64,000 bases of DNA from Candidatus Dojkabacteria bacterium (GCA_016927655.1 JAFGMG010000005.1:11991-75990); one strand, 5' to 3'. Shown: positions 20,489 through 30,705, counted from the stretch's first letter. Notes: a model not told the origin generated them from the letters alone. Program-made: numbers and translations.

Positions 20489-21347
20489 GATGAACAAAAA
20501 TAATAAAGGACAAATACTGGTAATTGTAATACTTATGCTTTTTATATTATCGATAATAGTGCTTGGAGTGATTGCGATAGTATCGAATGATGTCGAGCAG
20601 ACGGTCGGTGGAAAACAATACGAACTCTCATATAACAAAAGTGAGGAAAGTATTCAGAAGATTCTTACTGGGTATGCAAATACAGATACTTCTCTTGCGG
20701 GGATTGTAAATGAGGAGGGATTTAGCTGCAGCACAAGTGTTTTGAATGAGTATACATGCATTTTTGACTATCCTGACATGCAGACAACTGTAAATGTATC
20801 TGATTCAAATGAAGTAATTGACTATGAGCTTGGGAAAGATGAAACTTTCAAGGTCCTTTTAGGAAGTTATTCCGATGTTGTCGAGATTGAGTGGACTGGA
20901 AATGTCGCGATGCTTTTTCAGGTCGATTACCAGATTACAACAGATGAGTATAAAACTATTATGGATATGCATGATGCGGGGAATTATGTCGGCTCAGGGA
21001 ATTTGGAGCATCCTATGGGTCTAAATATCCCTGTTGAGGGTCAGAACCGTGTGATAATTAATTTGCAAACGATAAAAGAAGAAGTCGGAAGTAATACTTT
21101 TAAAAACTTTACTGGAATGAAAGTAAAAGCTTTGATGAATGAAGATGAAAATGTCACTACTCTTCTTTCAATTAAAGGTAATGCCGGATTTCCTATTCAA
21201 GTTAGACGTCTTGAGGGGATTAGCTATCCACCCAGTACTGGTGCTGTTGTATCTGCCCCAGTTTTAGTGGCTCAAATACCATTTCTAGGCAGAGAGCCTG
21301 AAGTAATGAATTATGTGCTAAGGTCTGAATTAGTTTTGAATAAGTAG
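20460..21347 (+). CDS. pilus-associated protein with N-terminal TM helix (PilX/minor-pilin-like), probable start MNKNNKG ~20490
   Basis: N-terminal basic stretch + hydrophobic helix ILVIVILMLFILSIIVLGVIAIV, position at end of pseudopilin array. Confidence 0.35.
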   Translation: MFLQEITQYKMNKNNKGQILVIVILMLFILSIIVLGVIAIVSNDVEQTVGGKQYELSYNKSEESIQKILTGYANTDTSLAGIVNEEGFSCSTSVLNEYTCIFDYPDMQTTVNVSDSNEVIDYELGKDETFKVLLGSYSDVVEIEWTGNVAMLFQVDYQITTDEYKTIMDMHDAGNYVGSGNLEHPMGLNIPVEGQNRVIINLQTIKEEVGSNTFKNFTGMKVKALMNEDENVTTLLSIKGNAGFPIQVRRLEGISYPPSTGAVVSAPVLVAQIPFLGREPEVMNYVLRSELVLNK

Positions 21348-21373
21348 ATTTAGAAGTGTACTCTCTTCCCTTC

Positions 21374-24262
21374 TTACTGCGAATATAAGTTTCTCTGATA
21401 GCTCTTCTCTCTTATAGAGAATTCGTTGATTTTGAGTTCCTGGAAGAATAGATTGGAATATCTTGGATCAAATTCGATGATTTCTGAAGGTTGATTAAGG
21501 TTGTTTAGCAGTCTCAAGTTTCTTCCCAAGAGCAATTCGTTTGCAATTACTGCTCCTTTAATGTAAAGGCCATCATATCTAGCGTTTAGTGGGTTACCTC
21601 CATTGTCTTCGTTGGTAATAAAGCGGTCTTTTACGACAAAAAATGCCTCGATTTTATCATAGTAATTTTTATAAGCGCCACCAGTTACAGTTACATCGCC
21701 TCTAACTATAAATATACAGCCTGTCTGCAACGGGGGGGTTGAATCATTCCTGCTTCCTAGGTTGCTAAAACTGGTTGTTGGTCTATTCTGGATCTCAAAA
21801 TTTGGAGCAATTGTCAGATTCCCTTGGACAAAGAATATTGTTCTTGTGTTGCATTTGTTATTTCCCAATAACGAGAAATTGCCGTTGATTTCCACATGTT
21901 GTGTGAAATTATCATTGGTGATATTAAGGGTTGTTCTAGATTCGATGTACTCTTCTGTTGTCTGGCCGATTTCCATGTATGGATAATTAATCTGGTGTAC
22001 TGTTGCGTGTTCATCTACGAGTGACTTGATATAATCTATCCATGTGGAAAAGGTAACATTTTTAAGCGGAGTATCGTTCCAGTCATTGTAACCATTTACT
22101 ATATAATTATTTTTTGAAACTCTAGATGGAGTGCCGATACTGTCTTCATTGACTGCGCTAAGATAAGTTGATAGATATGAGTAGTCGTTCAAATAGGCCA
22201 GTTCTCCTGCAATATTTGACTGCTTTACACTTGTATTGAAATTCTCAGCAAATCCATTTCCTCCGACCGTCATCAGCCATCCATCGGTTAGATTCAAAGC
22301 TTCTCCGCTGTCGGTTATTCTATTGCATGCGCTGTCATTTGCGGACATTTTAGTCTGGAGTATAACTGATTGGGCGGACATTGTCTGATAGGTATGAGTT
22401 CCAAGAGCTTTGCCAAGACCTATTCCTACCCCAATATTACTCGAGCTGAAATCCACAGGCTCAGCTGTTGGAATATTTAATATTGCCACAGTCGGGAGTA
22501 ATCTTCTAAGCTGATATCCAGCTTGATTGCCCCACATATATCCGTCAGCTTGAGAAAGACCGTAGCCATTTACTGCCCAGTTTATTGTAAATTTATCATT
22601 TGCTATTACCTGCGGTGTACCGATTGTGATTTGGGGTATTTGAACATTTACTCCCCAGTTCCCTTCATCAGATAAAGATCTATCGATTGTATTTGAGCCT
22701 GTGCTGGAGTTCCAGACTCCTGGGAGAAGCTCTCTTAGCCCTGCTGTATAGATATTCCCATTTATAACTGCAGCATAAAGAGAATCATCAGCAGATTTAT
22801 ATTTATAATTATCATCAAATCTAATCTGCCAGTAAACTCGTACGGTATTTGCATCAACTACCTCTACGTGGGTATTATTGGCAGCCCCTCCATTGAGATT
22901 TAGAAGTGTAGCCGATGCAAAGGTGTTTGTAAGATCACCACTATTTGCATTTGCCCCGTAATAAGGATATGAGATGGTATTAACAATGCTAAACTGGCTA
23001 AGTGACGGAGTGACTGTATTTATTGTAGCTTTGGCCATAAAATATTTGTTTGATACTGAAGCAATGGATGCCTCGGAAACAATCGGAGCATTCCTGACAT
23101 CATTTGGAACAATTGCAAGTAATATTTCATCAATATCCTCTACCCCGACGCCATTATCGTCAAGAGAATACTCTGTCATAATTGTTATTGGATTGTCTAC
23201 GTTTGCTACAGAAGAATTCCCTGAAATTGAGTGTCCGCAAGTACCTGCTGTTGAAATTTGGAGATCATCCAGACTTGCAGTTTTAGGGGTTGTGAATTCC
23301 CAGGTTGCATCTGAGTTTCTTCCAAGTGATCCGTTGTATGCTCGAGAATACCAGCAGTAAGTCGTCCCCCAGTTTAAATCATAAAGTGTTGTGCTCGAAA
23401 CTCCTCCAAGATTTTTATTGGTATATCCGGCAGTCTGCGCTGGGCAGTTTGCGGCAACTTTAGGGGTATACCTGGCTTTATAGCTGTTGCTTTGCGGACA
23501 GCCGGTTCCCCAGCTGCTCACGTTTGTCCAATCGATAAACACGTCATTTGTCGATTCAATATTTCCATTCGGTGGCTGCAGCAATGGCTGAGGCTTAGCT
23601 GGATTTGTCGGAGTACAAGTCGGGCATACACAAGCGTAATTTATTGGATGATTTACAACAAGACCTGTGCAGCATTGATTTGATGCAGGGATATTGCAAT
23701 TACATTCTCCTGCAAATGGATCGCATGAGCCATCTGCACAATCACTATCATATCGGCAGTCTGTTCCTGCTAGACCTCCACCAACGCAAGTCCCTGGCGG
23801 CCACTTTGGAAGAAGAAGCCCTTCTGTAACGCATCCTGAGGGTGTAGGTGTCCAGGCGCATGAAGCACCCCCTCCGCAACTGGCATCTGTGTAGCAAGTC
23901 CAAGTCCCTCCACTGCAAATAGATTTTTCACTAGAAGCGCAGCCATTCGTACCACATCCCCCAGTTGCCCCTTCGATGCACGTGCTTGATGAACAACTAG
24001 GATCTGAGATGCATTGGCAGTTGCCCCAACACCAGAAAAATCCTACTACTCCAGGTGGGACACATTCACATTGTCTTCTTGTTCCTGCAGGACAACCGCC
24101 AGTATTACAAGCCCATGTAGTTATCTCCCCTGATGCGCATTCTGTGTAATCACAAGTTCCCGCTTTAACGTTTGTGATAAAAGAGTTCCTTGAAAAATAT
24201 AAGCCAAATCCAGCCATAAACAGGAAAATTATAAGCAGAATTTGTTTCTTTGGATTGGCCAT
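21374..24262 (-). CDS. large secreted Cys-rich protein (962 aa), candidate pilus-associated adhesin
   Basis: Signal peptide MANPKKQILLIIFLFMAGFGLYF; about 200-aa N-terminal region with >40 Cys (CxxC, CxC repeats), then long Asn/Ser/Thr/Gly-rich beta-rich body; located between pseudopilin genes and pilMNO. Confidence 0.5.
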   Translation of the reverse strand: MANPKKQILLIIFLFMAGFGLYFSRNSFITNVKAGTCDYTECASGEITTWACNTGGCPAGTRRQCECVPPGVVGFFWCWGNCQCISDPSCSSSTCIEGATGGCGTNGCASSEKSICSGGTWTCYTDASCGGGASCAWTPTPSGCVTEGLLLPKWPPGTCVGGGLAGTDCRYDSDCADGSCDPFAGECNCNIPASNQCCTGLVVNHPINYACVCPTCTPTNPAKPQPLLQPPNGNIESTNDVFIDWTNVSSWGTGCPQSNSYKARYTPKVAANCPAQTAGYTNKNLGGVSSTTLYDLNWGTTYCWYSRAYNGSLGRNSDATWEFTTPKTASLDDLQISTAGTCGHSISGNSSVANVDNPITIMTEYSLDDNGVGVEDIDEILLAIVPNDVRNAPIVSEASIASVSNKYFMAKATINTVTPSLSQFSIVNTISYPYYGANANSGDLTNTFASATLLNLNGGAANNTHVEVVDANTVRVYWQIRFDDNYKYKSADDSLYAAVINGNIYTAGLRELLPGVWNSSTGSNTIDRSLSDEGNWGVNVQIPQITIGTPQVIANDKFTINWAVNGYGLSQADGYMWGNQAGYQLRRLLPTVAILNIPTAEPVDFSSSNIGVGIGLGKALGTHTYQTMSAQSVILQTKMSANDSACNRITDSGEALNLTDGWLMTVGGNGFAENFNTSVKQSNIAGELAYLNDYSYLSTYLSAVNEDSIGTPSRVSKNNYIVNGYNDWNDTPLKNVTFSTWIDYIKSLVDEHATVHQINYPYMEIGQTTEEYIESRTTLNITNDNFTQHVEINGNFSLLGNNKCNTRTIFFVQGNLTIAPNFEIQNRPTTSFSNLGSRNDSTPPLQTGCIFIVRGDVTVTGGAYKNYYDKIEAFFVVKDRFITNEDNGGNPLNARYDGLYIKGAVIANELLLGRNLRLLNNLNQPSEIIEFDPRYSNLFFQELKINEFSIREKSYQRNLYSQ

Positions 24263-24346
24263 AATTCAGTCTAGCAAAATTTGATATTTAGGGCTAGAGT
24301 AGTTATGATAATATCAACGAAATTATTAATTATTGATCTGTAAACT

Positions 24347-25387
24347 ATGAACCTGCCCGATTTTTTTGCCTTAGACATTGGAAGTCACTCAATAAAAGTC
24401 GTTGAAATTGATAGAAGATCAATCCAAAAGGCTGATCTAGTAGCATTCGGCAGTGTCGATACCCCGTATGGAATTCTCAATAGTCAAGACGATCAAGCCA
24501 AGCTCAGAATAGCACAGAAAATTAAAGAAGTCCTCGAAAGCAGCGGAATAAAAACGAAGAAATGTGTGACTGCACTTCCAGAATCATCTATATTTACAAG
24601 ACTTCTCACAGTTCCAAAAGTAACTGAGGAGAAACTTGAGGAATTAATTTTCTGGGAAGCAAGGCAGTATATTCCCCTACCCCTTTCGGAAGTTCAGACT
24701 GACTATATCCCGGTTGAGGAAATAGAAGTAAATGGTAAAAAAATGATGAAAATTCTGCTTGTTGCATCTCCAAAAGTTCTCATCAATAGATATATCGATA
24801 TTGCAAAAAAAGCTGATATTGAATTAATTGCGCTTGAAACTGAAACTATCGCAACCTCAAGATCAATCATGTTTAACAATGAAGTCGGTAAAGCAATTAT
24901 GATCCTTGATTTTGGGTCAAATGGGACCGATATGAGTGTTGTCAAAGATGGGAAAATGATATTTTCCCAAAGCATTGGAACTGGCGCGGATGCTCTTACA
25001 AAGGCAATTGCAAATGATTTTAATCTTGAAACCGCACAAGCCGAAAAATATAAAATCGCCTATGGGTTAGACAAACAGCAGGTTGAAGGTAAAATCTTCA
25101 ATTCAATTCAACCAATTATTCAAATAGTCCAGGAAGAAATCCAAAGAACAATCGGTTTTTTTAAAACCCATTTACAAGACAGTGTCCCTCAAAAAATTTA
25201 CATGGTAGGAGATGGTGCGAGATTAAATTCCCTTGACACTTACCTCTCAGAAGTTCTTGGCATAAAAGCAGAATTGTACGATCCAGCAGCGAAGCTGAAT
25301 ATTGCGAGAAATCTCCGAGATGATGTCAAACCTATGTCTATGATAGGATTCTCAGTAGCAATTGGTCTTGGTTTGAAAGTCAAATAA
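24347..25387 (+). CDS. pilM: type IV pilus assembly protein PilM (actin-like ATPase fold)
   Basis: N-terminal LDIGSHSIKVVEI, later DFGSNGTDMSVV, typical PilM/FtsA-like organisation. Confidence 0.8.
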   Translation: MNLPDFFALDIGSHSIKVVEIDRRSIQKADLVAFGSVDTPYGILNSQDDQAKLRIAQKIKEVLESSGIKTKKCVTALPESSIFTRLLTVPKVTEEKLEELIFWEARQYIPLPLSEVQTDYIPVEEIEVNGKKMMKILLVASPKVLINRYIDIAKKADIELIALETETIATSRSIMFNNEVGKAIMILDFGSNGTDMSVVKDGKMIFSQSIGTGADALTKAIANDFNLETAQAEKYKIAYGLDKQQVEGKIFNSIQPIIQIVQEEIQRTIGFFKTHLQDSVPQKIYMVGDGARLNSLDTYLSEVLGIKAELYDPAAKLNIARNLRDDVKPMSMIGFSVAIGLGLKVK

Positions 25388-25406
25388 ACTAATGAAGTTC
25401 TGAAAA

Positions 25407-25976
25407 ATGGCAAAATCAAACTTTAGTTTCAATCTACTTCCACCAAAAAGCAAAGAAGTAATTGCCAGAGAGGAAAATCGTTCGAATTCTCTACTCTATG
25501 CGGCTTTCCTGCTTTTTGGTATTACATTGATTTGGCTGTCAGTCAGACTGATCGATTCCGCGTTTTTAAAAAGGTCTCTTGATATTTGGAATGAAACAAG
25601 GCAGCAAAAGGAAATCGAGATTGACTCCTACAATACATATAAAAGCGCAAATGGTGAACTTGTCATGAAAACCAGGAGTTTAGCACCAGTAGTAGAAAAG
25701 CATACCGATCCGGATCTGGTGTTTGATTTTATTGACTCATTGATCAAGCAGACCACCCCCAATGTCGACATTGTAAGTTATGGGAGAACTTCAGAGGGAA
25801 CATTCCAGTTCGAGGGGTTGACCAGCTCAACAGAAGATGTTGCAAGTCTCATCTTGGAGTTTAATCAACAGGATCAAGTAGAAGATGCAAGATTAAATAG
25901 AATCCGCGAAGACAGTGATACTAATAAATATAGTTTTATAATTGATCTTGATTTGACTAATCTTTTGACACAATGA
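25407..25976 (+). CDS. pilN: type IV pilus assembly protein PilN
   Basis: N-terminal FNLLPPK (INLLP-type) motif followed by single TM helix. Confidence 0.55.
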   Translation: MAKSNFSFNLLPPKSKEVIAREENRSNSLLYAAFLLFGITLIWLSVRLIDSAFLKRSLDIWNETRQQKEIEIDSYNTYKSANGELVMKTRSLAPVVEKHTDPDLVFDFIDSLIKQTTPNVDIVSYGRTSEGTFQFEGLTSSTEDVASLILEFNQQDQVEDARLNRIREDSDTNKYSFIIDLDLTNLLTQ

Positions 25977-26734
25977 CAGGTGAAATAAGCGCAACAACAA
26001 AGAAAAAAACTACTTCCGAGAGAGGTGTCGATGAGTATTTAAGGCTTCTAAAATTCTATTATTTGCCGATATTTGTGCTGGTAATCTTTTTTGTTATCAT
26101 GATTTTTGGACTGATCCCGAGTTTAAATTCAATTTATAATAACTATTCACAGAGAAATACTGTGAAAAAAGCGGTCGAAAGGCAGGAAGTGACTATTGCG
26201 AATCTGGTCCAGCTGAAAAACGACTCAAATGAAATAAATCAATACCTAGAAAGTATAAATACTATTGCTCCTGTCCAGGTAACCAATGTCACAGAATTTC
26301 AAGAGAGTATTAAAACTCTGGCAACAACAAATGGAATTGCTACAAAACAAGCAAATACAAGAGAGCTAATATATTCCGAAGATGGAAGTCAATCAGGTCA
26401 GGTAAGCTATCTGCAGCTTGTCGAGGTTCCTAGTGATTTCGTTTTCGCTGGCAGTTTCGAAGATATTCGGACATTTCTCGGGGCATTATACGAACAGGAT
26501 GAATTTATTGTGATTGAAGAAATGAGCTTTGCTAAGCCTGTAAATTCGAGTGACTGGGAGCTGAGCATAACTCTAAACAAGTATCAATTCCAAATTAATG
26601 AAACTGTTTTAACTGGCAGTGATCAGACTGCTCAAACAGCTCCAAATTATCTTGCGGAACCTGAAAGTGCAAAGCCCGACCAGAATGTGATTGATTTTAT
26701 TGATAAGAAGTACCTCAATAAAAACGAGCCTTGA
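25973..26734 (+). CDS. pilO: PilO-like bitopic pilus assembly protein
   Basis: short cytoplasmic N-term, one TM, periplasmic domain; 4-nt overlap with pilN. Confidence 0.4.
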   Translation: MTGEISATTKKKTTSERGVDEYLRLLKFYYLPIFVLVIFFVIMIFGLIPSLNSIYNNYSQRNTVKKAVERQEVTIANLVQLKNDSNEINQYLESINTIAPVQVTNVTEFQESIKTLATTNGIATKQANTRELIYSEDGSQSGQVSYLQLVEVPSDFVFAGSFEDIRTFLGALYEQDEFIVIEEMSFAKPVNSSDWELSITLNKYQFQINETVLTGSDQTAQTAPNYLAEPESAKPDQNVIDFIDKKYLNKNEP

Positions 26735-26746
26735 GGCTCGTTTTTC
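26720..26746. terminator. bidirectional intrinsic terminator between convergent pilO and KH-protein genes
   Basis: AAAAACGAGCCttgaGGCTCGTTTTT; the pilO TGA stop is the hairpin loop. Confidence 0.5.
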
Positions 26747-26764
26747 TAATACAAAAAAGTCAGT

Positions 26765-26998
26765 TTAGTCCTTTATTTTCAAAAAGACTTTTTCTTCATC
26801 GTGCTTTTTTGCGTACATGAATGCAAGTTCTCTGATTGCTTTAATATTCCTGCCGCCTTTTCCAATGATTAAAGCTTTATCCCGGTCTTCAGCGTCAATG
26901 AGAATTACTCTCCCCTTGTCGTCGGTTTCTTCACTGATTTGAAGAGCCTCTGGATTTTCGATGATATTCTCAAGTAAATACTTTATGAATTCCTCCAT
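26765..26998 (-). CDS. KH-domain RNA-binding protein (YlqC/UPF0109 family)
   Basis: IIGKGGRNIKAIRELA KH GxxG motif; conserved rpsP-neighbour. Confidence 0.7.
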   Translation of the reverse strand: MEEFIKYLLENIIENPEALQISEETDDKGRVILIDAEDRDKALIIGKGGRNIKAIRELAFMYAKKHDEEKVFLKIKD

Positions 26999-27031
26999 CG
27001 TCTTTGTAATTTAAAATAAATAAAATATTTT

Positions 27032-27430
27032 CTATTCTTTTGGTTCTTCTGGTTTTTCTTCTACCTTCTCTTCTGTCTTCTCTTCAATAACTGGTTCGGC
27101 TTTGACTTCCGGCTTTTTCTCTTCTTCCTGCTCTCCGGCTTTTTCCAATTTCTTTTTGCCCGGTTTTTTCGTAAATTTCTTCTTCTCTACCTTATACAAA
27201 CCTTCTTTTGCTAGAAATCTTGCAACAGTATCTGTTGGTTGTGCTCCAACTCCCAGCCAGTATTTTACTCTGTCCTTGTCAACTTTGAATTCGGAAGGAT
27301 TTTGCGTTGGATCATATGTCCCGAGCTGTTCAATAGCTCTGCTGTCTCTCTTCTCCCTTGTCTGGATTGCAATTACTCTATAAAAAGGTGCATTTTTCCT
27401 GCCAAGTCTGGTCAGTCTGATTTTTACCAT
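27032..27430 (-). CDS. rpsP: 30S ribosomal protein S16 with Lys/Glu/Pro-rich C-terminal extension
   Basis: MVKIRLTRLGRKNAPFYRVIAIQTREKRD. Confidence 0.9.
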   Translation of the reverse strand: MVKIRLTRLGRKNAPFYRVIAIQTREKRDSRAIEQLGTYDPTQNPSEFKVDKDRVKYWLGVGAQPTDTVARFLAKEGLYKVEKKKFTKKPGKKKLEKAGEQEEEKKPEVKAEPVIEEKTEEKVEEKPEEPKE

Positions 27431-27471
27431 AAAAATGTTCTTAAAAACTTACAAACAGGCCAATTATATCA

Positions 27472-28212
27472 CTAATTTATCTTTTTTGAATACTTTTTTA
27501 AAAGAATCTCCCAATCTTCAAGAGCTTTGTTTGCTGCCGCTTGTTCAGCTTCCTGTTTGCTCTTCCCCTTCCCGTGTCCAAAATCATTATTTGCAATGAT
27601 CACTCTAATTTCAAATTCCTTATCATGATCCGGTCCGTTTTCGTTTAGAAGCTCATAAGTCGGTGTATCTTTTAGTATTTCCTGTGCAAGATTTTGAAGT
27701 TTAGATTTATTGTCGATATCGAGCCTGTTCTCCACGATATCCTCAAGCTTTGGTAAAAGCGCCTTTATCACAAAATTATTAGCGATCTCATACCCTTGAT
27801 CAAGGTAAATTGCTCCAAGAACAGCTTCGAAAGTATTTGCCAGTATGTATGGGCGTTCTCTGCCTCCAGTACCTTCTTCTCCTTTGCTCATGTATAGACA
27901 ATGGCCATATTCGAGTGACATTGCAGTCTCAGCAAGGCTTTCTGTCTTGACCAGCGCAGCTCTAAAACTAGTCAGATCTCCTTCCGGTCTATTTGGATAT
28001 TTTGAAAATAAAAATGATGTGACAATAAGTTCGAGAACGGCGTCTCCAAGGTATTCCAGCCGCTCATTGCTTTCAAGCTCTGCCCCGGACTTTTCATTAA
28101 GGTATGATTTGTGAATAAGGGATTGTTTTAGAATTTCTGGATTATTGAATTTAATTCCAAGGATCTGTTCTAATTTTTCTATGTTTAGCTTGTCTTCTGT
28201 GGTCAGGTTCAT
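27472..28212 (-). CDS. rnc: ribonuclease III
   Basis: RNase III signature ERLEYLGDAVLELIVTSFLF, C-terminal dsRBD. Confidence 0.9.
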   Translation of the reverse strand: MNLTTEDKLNIEKLEQILGIKFNNPEILKQSLIHKSYLNEKSGAELESNERLEYLGDAVLELIVTSFLFSKYPNRPEGDLTSFRAALVKTESLAETAMSLEYGHCLYMSKGEEGTGGRERPYILANTFEAVLGAIYLDQGYEIANNFVIKALLPKLEDIVENRLDIDNKSKLQNLAQEILKDTPTYELLNENGPDHDKEFEIRVIIANNDFGHGKGKSKQEAEQAAANKALEDWEILLKKYSKKIN

Positions 28213-28679
28213 TTTTTTAGTGCTCTGCTAAATTCATTTTTTCTATTTAAAAGACTGCCAAGTACTCCGTTTACAAACTTTCCGCTTGGCGTGCCTCCAA
28301 ATTCTTTCGCGAGATCAATCGCTTCGTTTATTGATACTTTCTCAGGAGTAAGATTTTCGATAAATCCTTCAAATATTGCGATCCGGAGAATTTGAAGATC
28401 AGCTTTGTTTATTTGTTCGATTGGCCATTCCGGAGCAAGTTTTGAAATAATAAAATCAGTTTTGTCTTTGTACTTGATAACTCCGTGGAAAAGCTTATCT
28501 GCAAGTTGTTTGTCATATTTTAAAGGTTCGCTGTCTTCATCAATTTCAGCAAGTGACTGATTATTAAACTCATTCTCTTGGGATTTACTGATATCAGAGT
28601 CCTTGAAGCTGCGTTCAAAAAGCCTTTGAACAACAATCCTTCTTGCTAAATGCCTTTGATCAAAGCTCCCCTCGTGCAT
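28209..28679 (-). CDS. nusB: transcription antitermination factor NusB
   Basis: HLARRIVVQRLFE ... FVNGVLGSLL NusB-family pattern; overlaps rnc start. Confidence 0.7.
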   Translation of the reverse strand: MHEGSFDQRHLARRIVVQRLFERSFKDSDISKSQENEFNNQSLAEIDEDSEPLKYDKQLADKLFHGVIKYKDKTDFIISKLAPEWPIEQINKADLQILRIAIFEGFIENLTPEKVSINEAIDLAKEFGGTPSGKFVNGVLGSLLNRKNEFSRALKK

Positions 28680-28695
28680 AATTATACAAAAAAAC

Positions 28696-28872
28696 TTAAA
28701 CTTCTTTAATTTCTTCGCCTTTGTATCTTCCTGTTTTCGGGGAGATATAATGAGGCCTTTTCAGCTTCCCGCTTTCAGTTTCTCTGACAAGTGGAATCTG
28801 TTTTAAAGCATGATGTGCACGTCTTTTATTTTTCCTTTGTTTGCTGATTTTTCGTTTTGGTAATGCTCCCAT
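28696..28872 (-). CDS. rpmF: 50S ribosomal protein L32 (58 aa; below ORF-track cutoff)
   Basis: Manual translation MGALPKRKISKQRKNKRRAHHALKQIPLVRETESGKLKRPHYISPKTGRYKGEEIKEV matches bL32 N-terminal PKRKxSKxRxxxRRxH. Confidence 0.8.
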   Translation of the reverse strand: MGALPKRKISKQRKNKRRAHHALKQIPLVRETESGKLKRPHYISPKTGRYKGEEIKEV

Positions 28873-28916
28873 TTGTACTTCTCTGATTTAATTAACGGGG
28901 CTATTTTAACATAAAT

Positions 28917-29474
28917 TCAGTCATTTTGATAGAAAGAGATCGTGCTTTTGCCGTATTTTTCTATGTAAGTTCTTTTAAGATCATATATTTCTTCTGGGGA
29001 TTTGTAATCACTTGGATGGCGGAAAATAAGCAGTCCAGATGGGTTTAAAAGTTTTGAAGCGTCTTTCACATAAGTGATTCGTACATCATCAAATGGCGGA
29101 TCCAGCATAATAAGATCGAAATTCTTGTCTGTCGCTCTGATATAATCCTGGACGTTTTTCTTGAAGATTTCAAAATTCTTCCCTGGATAGTTTTCCAGAT
29201 TTTTCTCAATGCATCGTTGAGCTTCTTCTGCCAAATCGACGAATGTCGCAAATCTGGCGCCTCTGCTGAGTGCTTCAATCCCAAAGTTCCCCCCGCCGGC
29301 GTACAAATCGAGAACCTCTGCATCAGCAATGAAGTCTCTAATCAAATCAAAAAGGGATTGTTTGATCCGGTTGGTAAAAGGTCGAGTAATTTTTTCGGGA
29401 TTGATGAGTTTTTTCCCGCGCATTGTTCCTGCTATTACCGTGCTATTCATTTTTTTATGTGTGGTAGCTGCCAT
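28917..29474 (-). CDS. rsmD: 16S rRNA (guanine966-N2)-methyltransferase RsmD
   Basis: LDLYAGGGNFGIEALSRGA SAM motif and DPPF catalytic motif. Confidence 0.8.
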   Translation of the reverse strand: MAATTHKKMNSTVIAGTMRGKKLINPEKITRPFTNRIKQSLFDLIRDFIADAEVLDLYAGGGNFGIEALSRGARFATFVDLAEEAQRCIEKNLENYPGKNFEIFKKNVQDYIRATDKNFDLIMLDPPFDDVRITYVKDASKLLNPSGLLIFRHPSDYKSPEEIYDLKRTYIEKYGKSTISFYQND

Positions 29475-29926
29475 TTCCTGATTATCTCATAAACTACTAC
29501 CGCAAAGGAAACTTCTACGTTGAGCGATTCTTTTTGCCCATACATCGGGATTTTTACCTGTTTGTCTGAAAGTTTAAGAAGTTCTTTGCTTACCCCGCCT
29601 ATTTCGTTCCCAAATATCAAAGCGCAAGGTTTGTTGTAGTTAATTTTTGTATAAATTTCTGCCTGTTTCGTGAGCTCAACTGCAATAATTTCACATCCTA
29701 ATCGTTTGAGTTTCTGTACTGCCTGGATTGGCTCTTTCTCGTATTGCCAGTCTACAGTGTTTGTTGCACCAAGCGCTGTTTTGGGTATTTTGTTATGGGG
29801 TGGATATGGAGTAATCCCACTCAGCCATATCTTCTCTACCCCAGCAGCATCAGCAGTCCTGAAAAAAGCTCCAACGTTAAATGCTGATCTGATGTTTTCT
29901 AAAACTACGTGTATGGGGAATTTCAT
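29447..29926 (-). CDS. SpoU/TrmH-family RNA 2-prime-O-methyltransferase (TrmL-like)
   Basis: SPOUT fold motifs NVGAFFRTADAAGV, LIFGNEIGGVS, 159 aa. Confidence 0.7.
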   Translation of the reverse strand: MKFPIHVVLENIRSAFNVGAFFRTADAAGVEKIWLSGITPYPPHNKIPKTALGATNTVDWQYEKEPIQAVQKLKRLGCEIIAVELTKQAEIYTKINYNKPCALIFGNEIGGVSKELLKLSDKQVKIPMYGQKESLNVEVSFAVVVYEIIRKWQLPHIKK

Positions 29927-30705
29927 GCCAGAAAAATAAGCAAAATTACTGCCAGGATTATACGATATAGACCGAAATATTTCAGCCCTATTTTCTGGGT
30001 CAGTGTCAACATAATTTTGATAGCGATAAGGCCAAAAATAAATGAAGTGACGAAGCCTGTCATGAGCTCAGCCAAATTGATGCTCTCCGGGCTGTCTTTT
30101 AGAAGCTCAAATACGCTGTATATCACTCCTGCCGATATAATCGGGATGCCGAGAATAAATGAATAATTGGTTGCGTCTTTCAGCGAAAGCCCGCTGAAAA
30201 CTCCCGTGATGATGGTGATTCCGGATCTTGAGGTCCCCCTAAAATATGCTAATGGCTGCGCAAGTCCCATGAGTATACTCGTTTTTCCTGGTATCTGTTT
30301 GATTGAAAATTGTTCGGATTGTGAAATTTGCTTTTTTGAATTTGCTTGCGCGATATAATCTGTGATGATAAGCAGAATGCCAATCGAAACAAGCATAAAG
30401 GCAATAAGCAGAGTGGATTTCAAAGAATCGATATAATCCAGCAGAAAAAAGCCAGCTACAATTGAGGGTAATGTGGCAAGTGCGATTTTTAAAAAATTCT
30501 CCCTGTTTAAGAAAAATTTCAAAATACGGTCCCTATATGTAAATACTAAAGCAAAAAGTGTCCCCCCATGTAAAAATACATCAAATAGATTGCTATGCTC
30601 TTCCCAGCCAAGTAATTCTGGCAGAATGACTAGATGTGCGGAACTGGAAATTGGCAGGAATTCTGTGAGACCTTGAATTAGACCTAATATTGCTGCTTCA
30701 AACAT
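29923..30705 (-). CDS. uppP: undecaprenyl-diphosphate phosphatase
   Basis: MFEAAILGLIQGLTEFLPISSSAHL BacA signature, 8 TM. Confidence 0.85.
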   Translation of the reverse strand: MFEAAILGLIQGLTEFLPISSSAHLVILPELLGWEEHSNLFDVFLHGGTLFALVFTYRDRILKFFLNRENFLKIALATLPSIVAGFFLLDYIDSLKSTLLIAFMLVSIGILLIITDYIAQANSKKQISQSEQFSIKQIPGKTSILMGLAQPLAYFRGTSRSGITIITGVFSGLSLKDATNYSFILGIPIISAGVIYSVFELLKDSPESINLAELMTGFVTSFIFGLIAIKIMLTLTQKIGLKYFGLYRIILAVILLIFLA

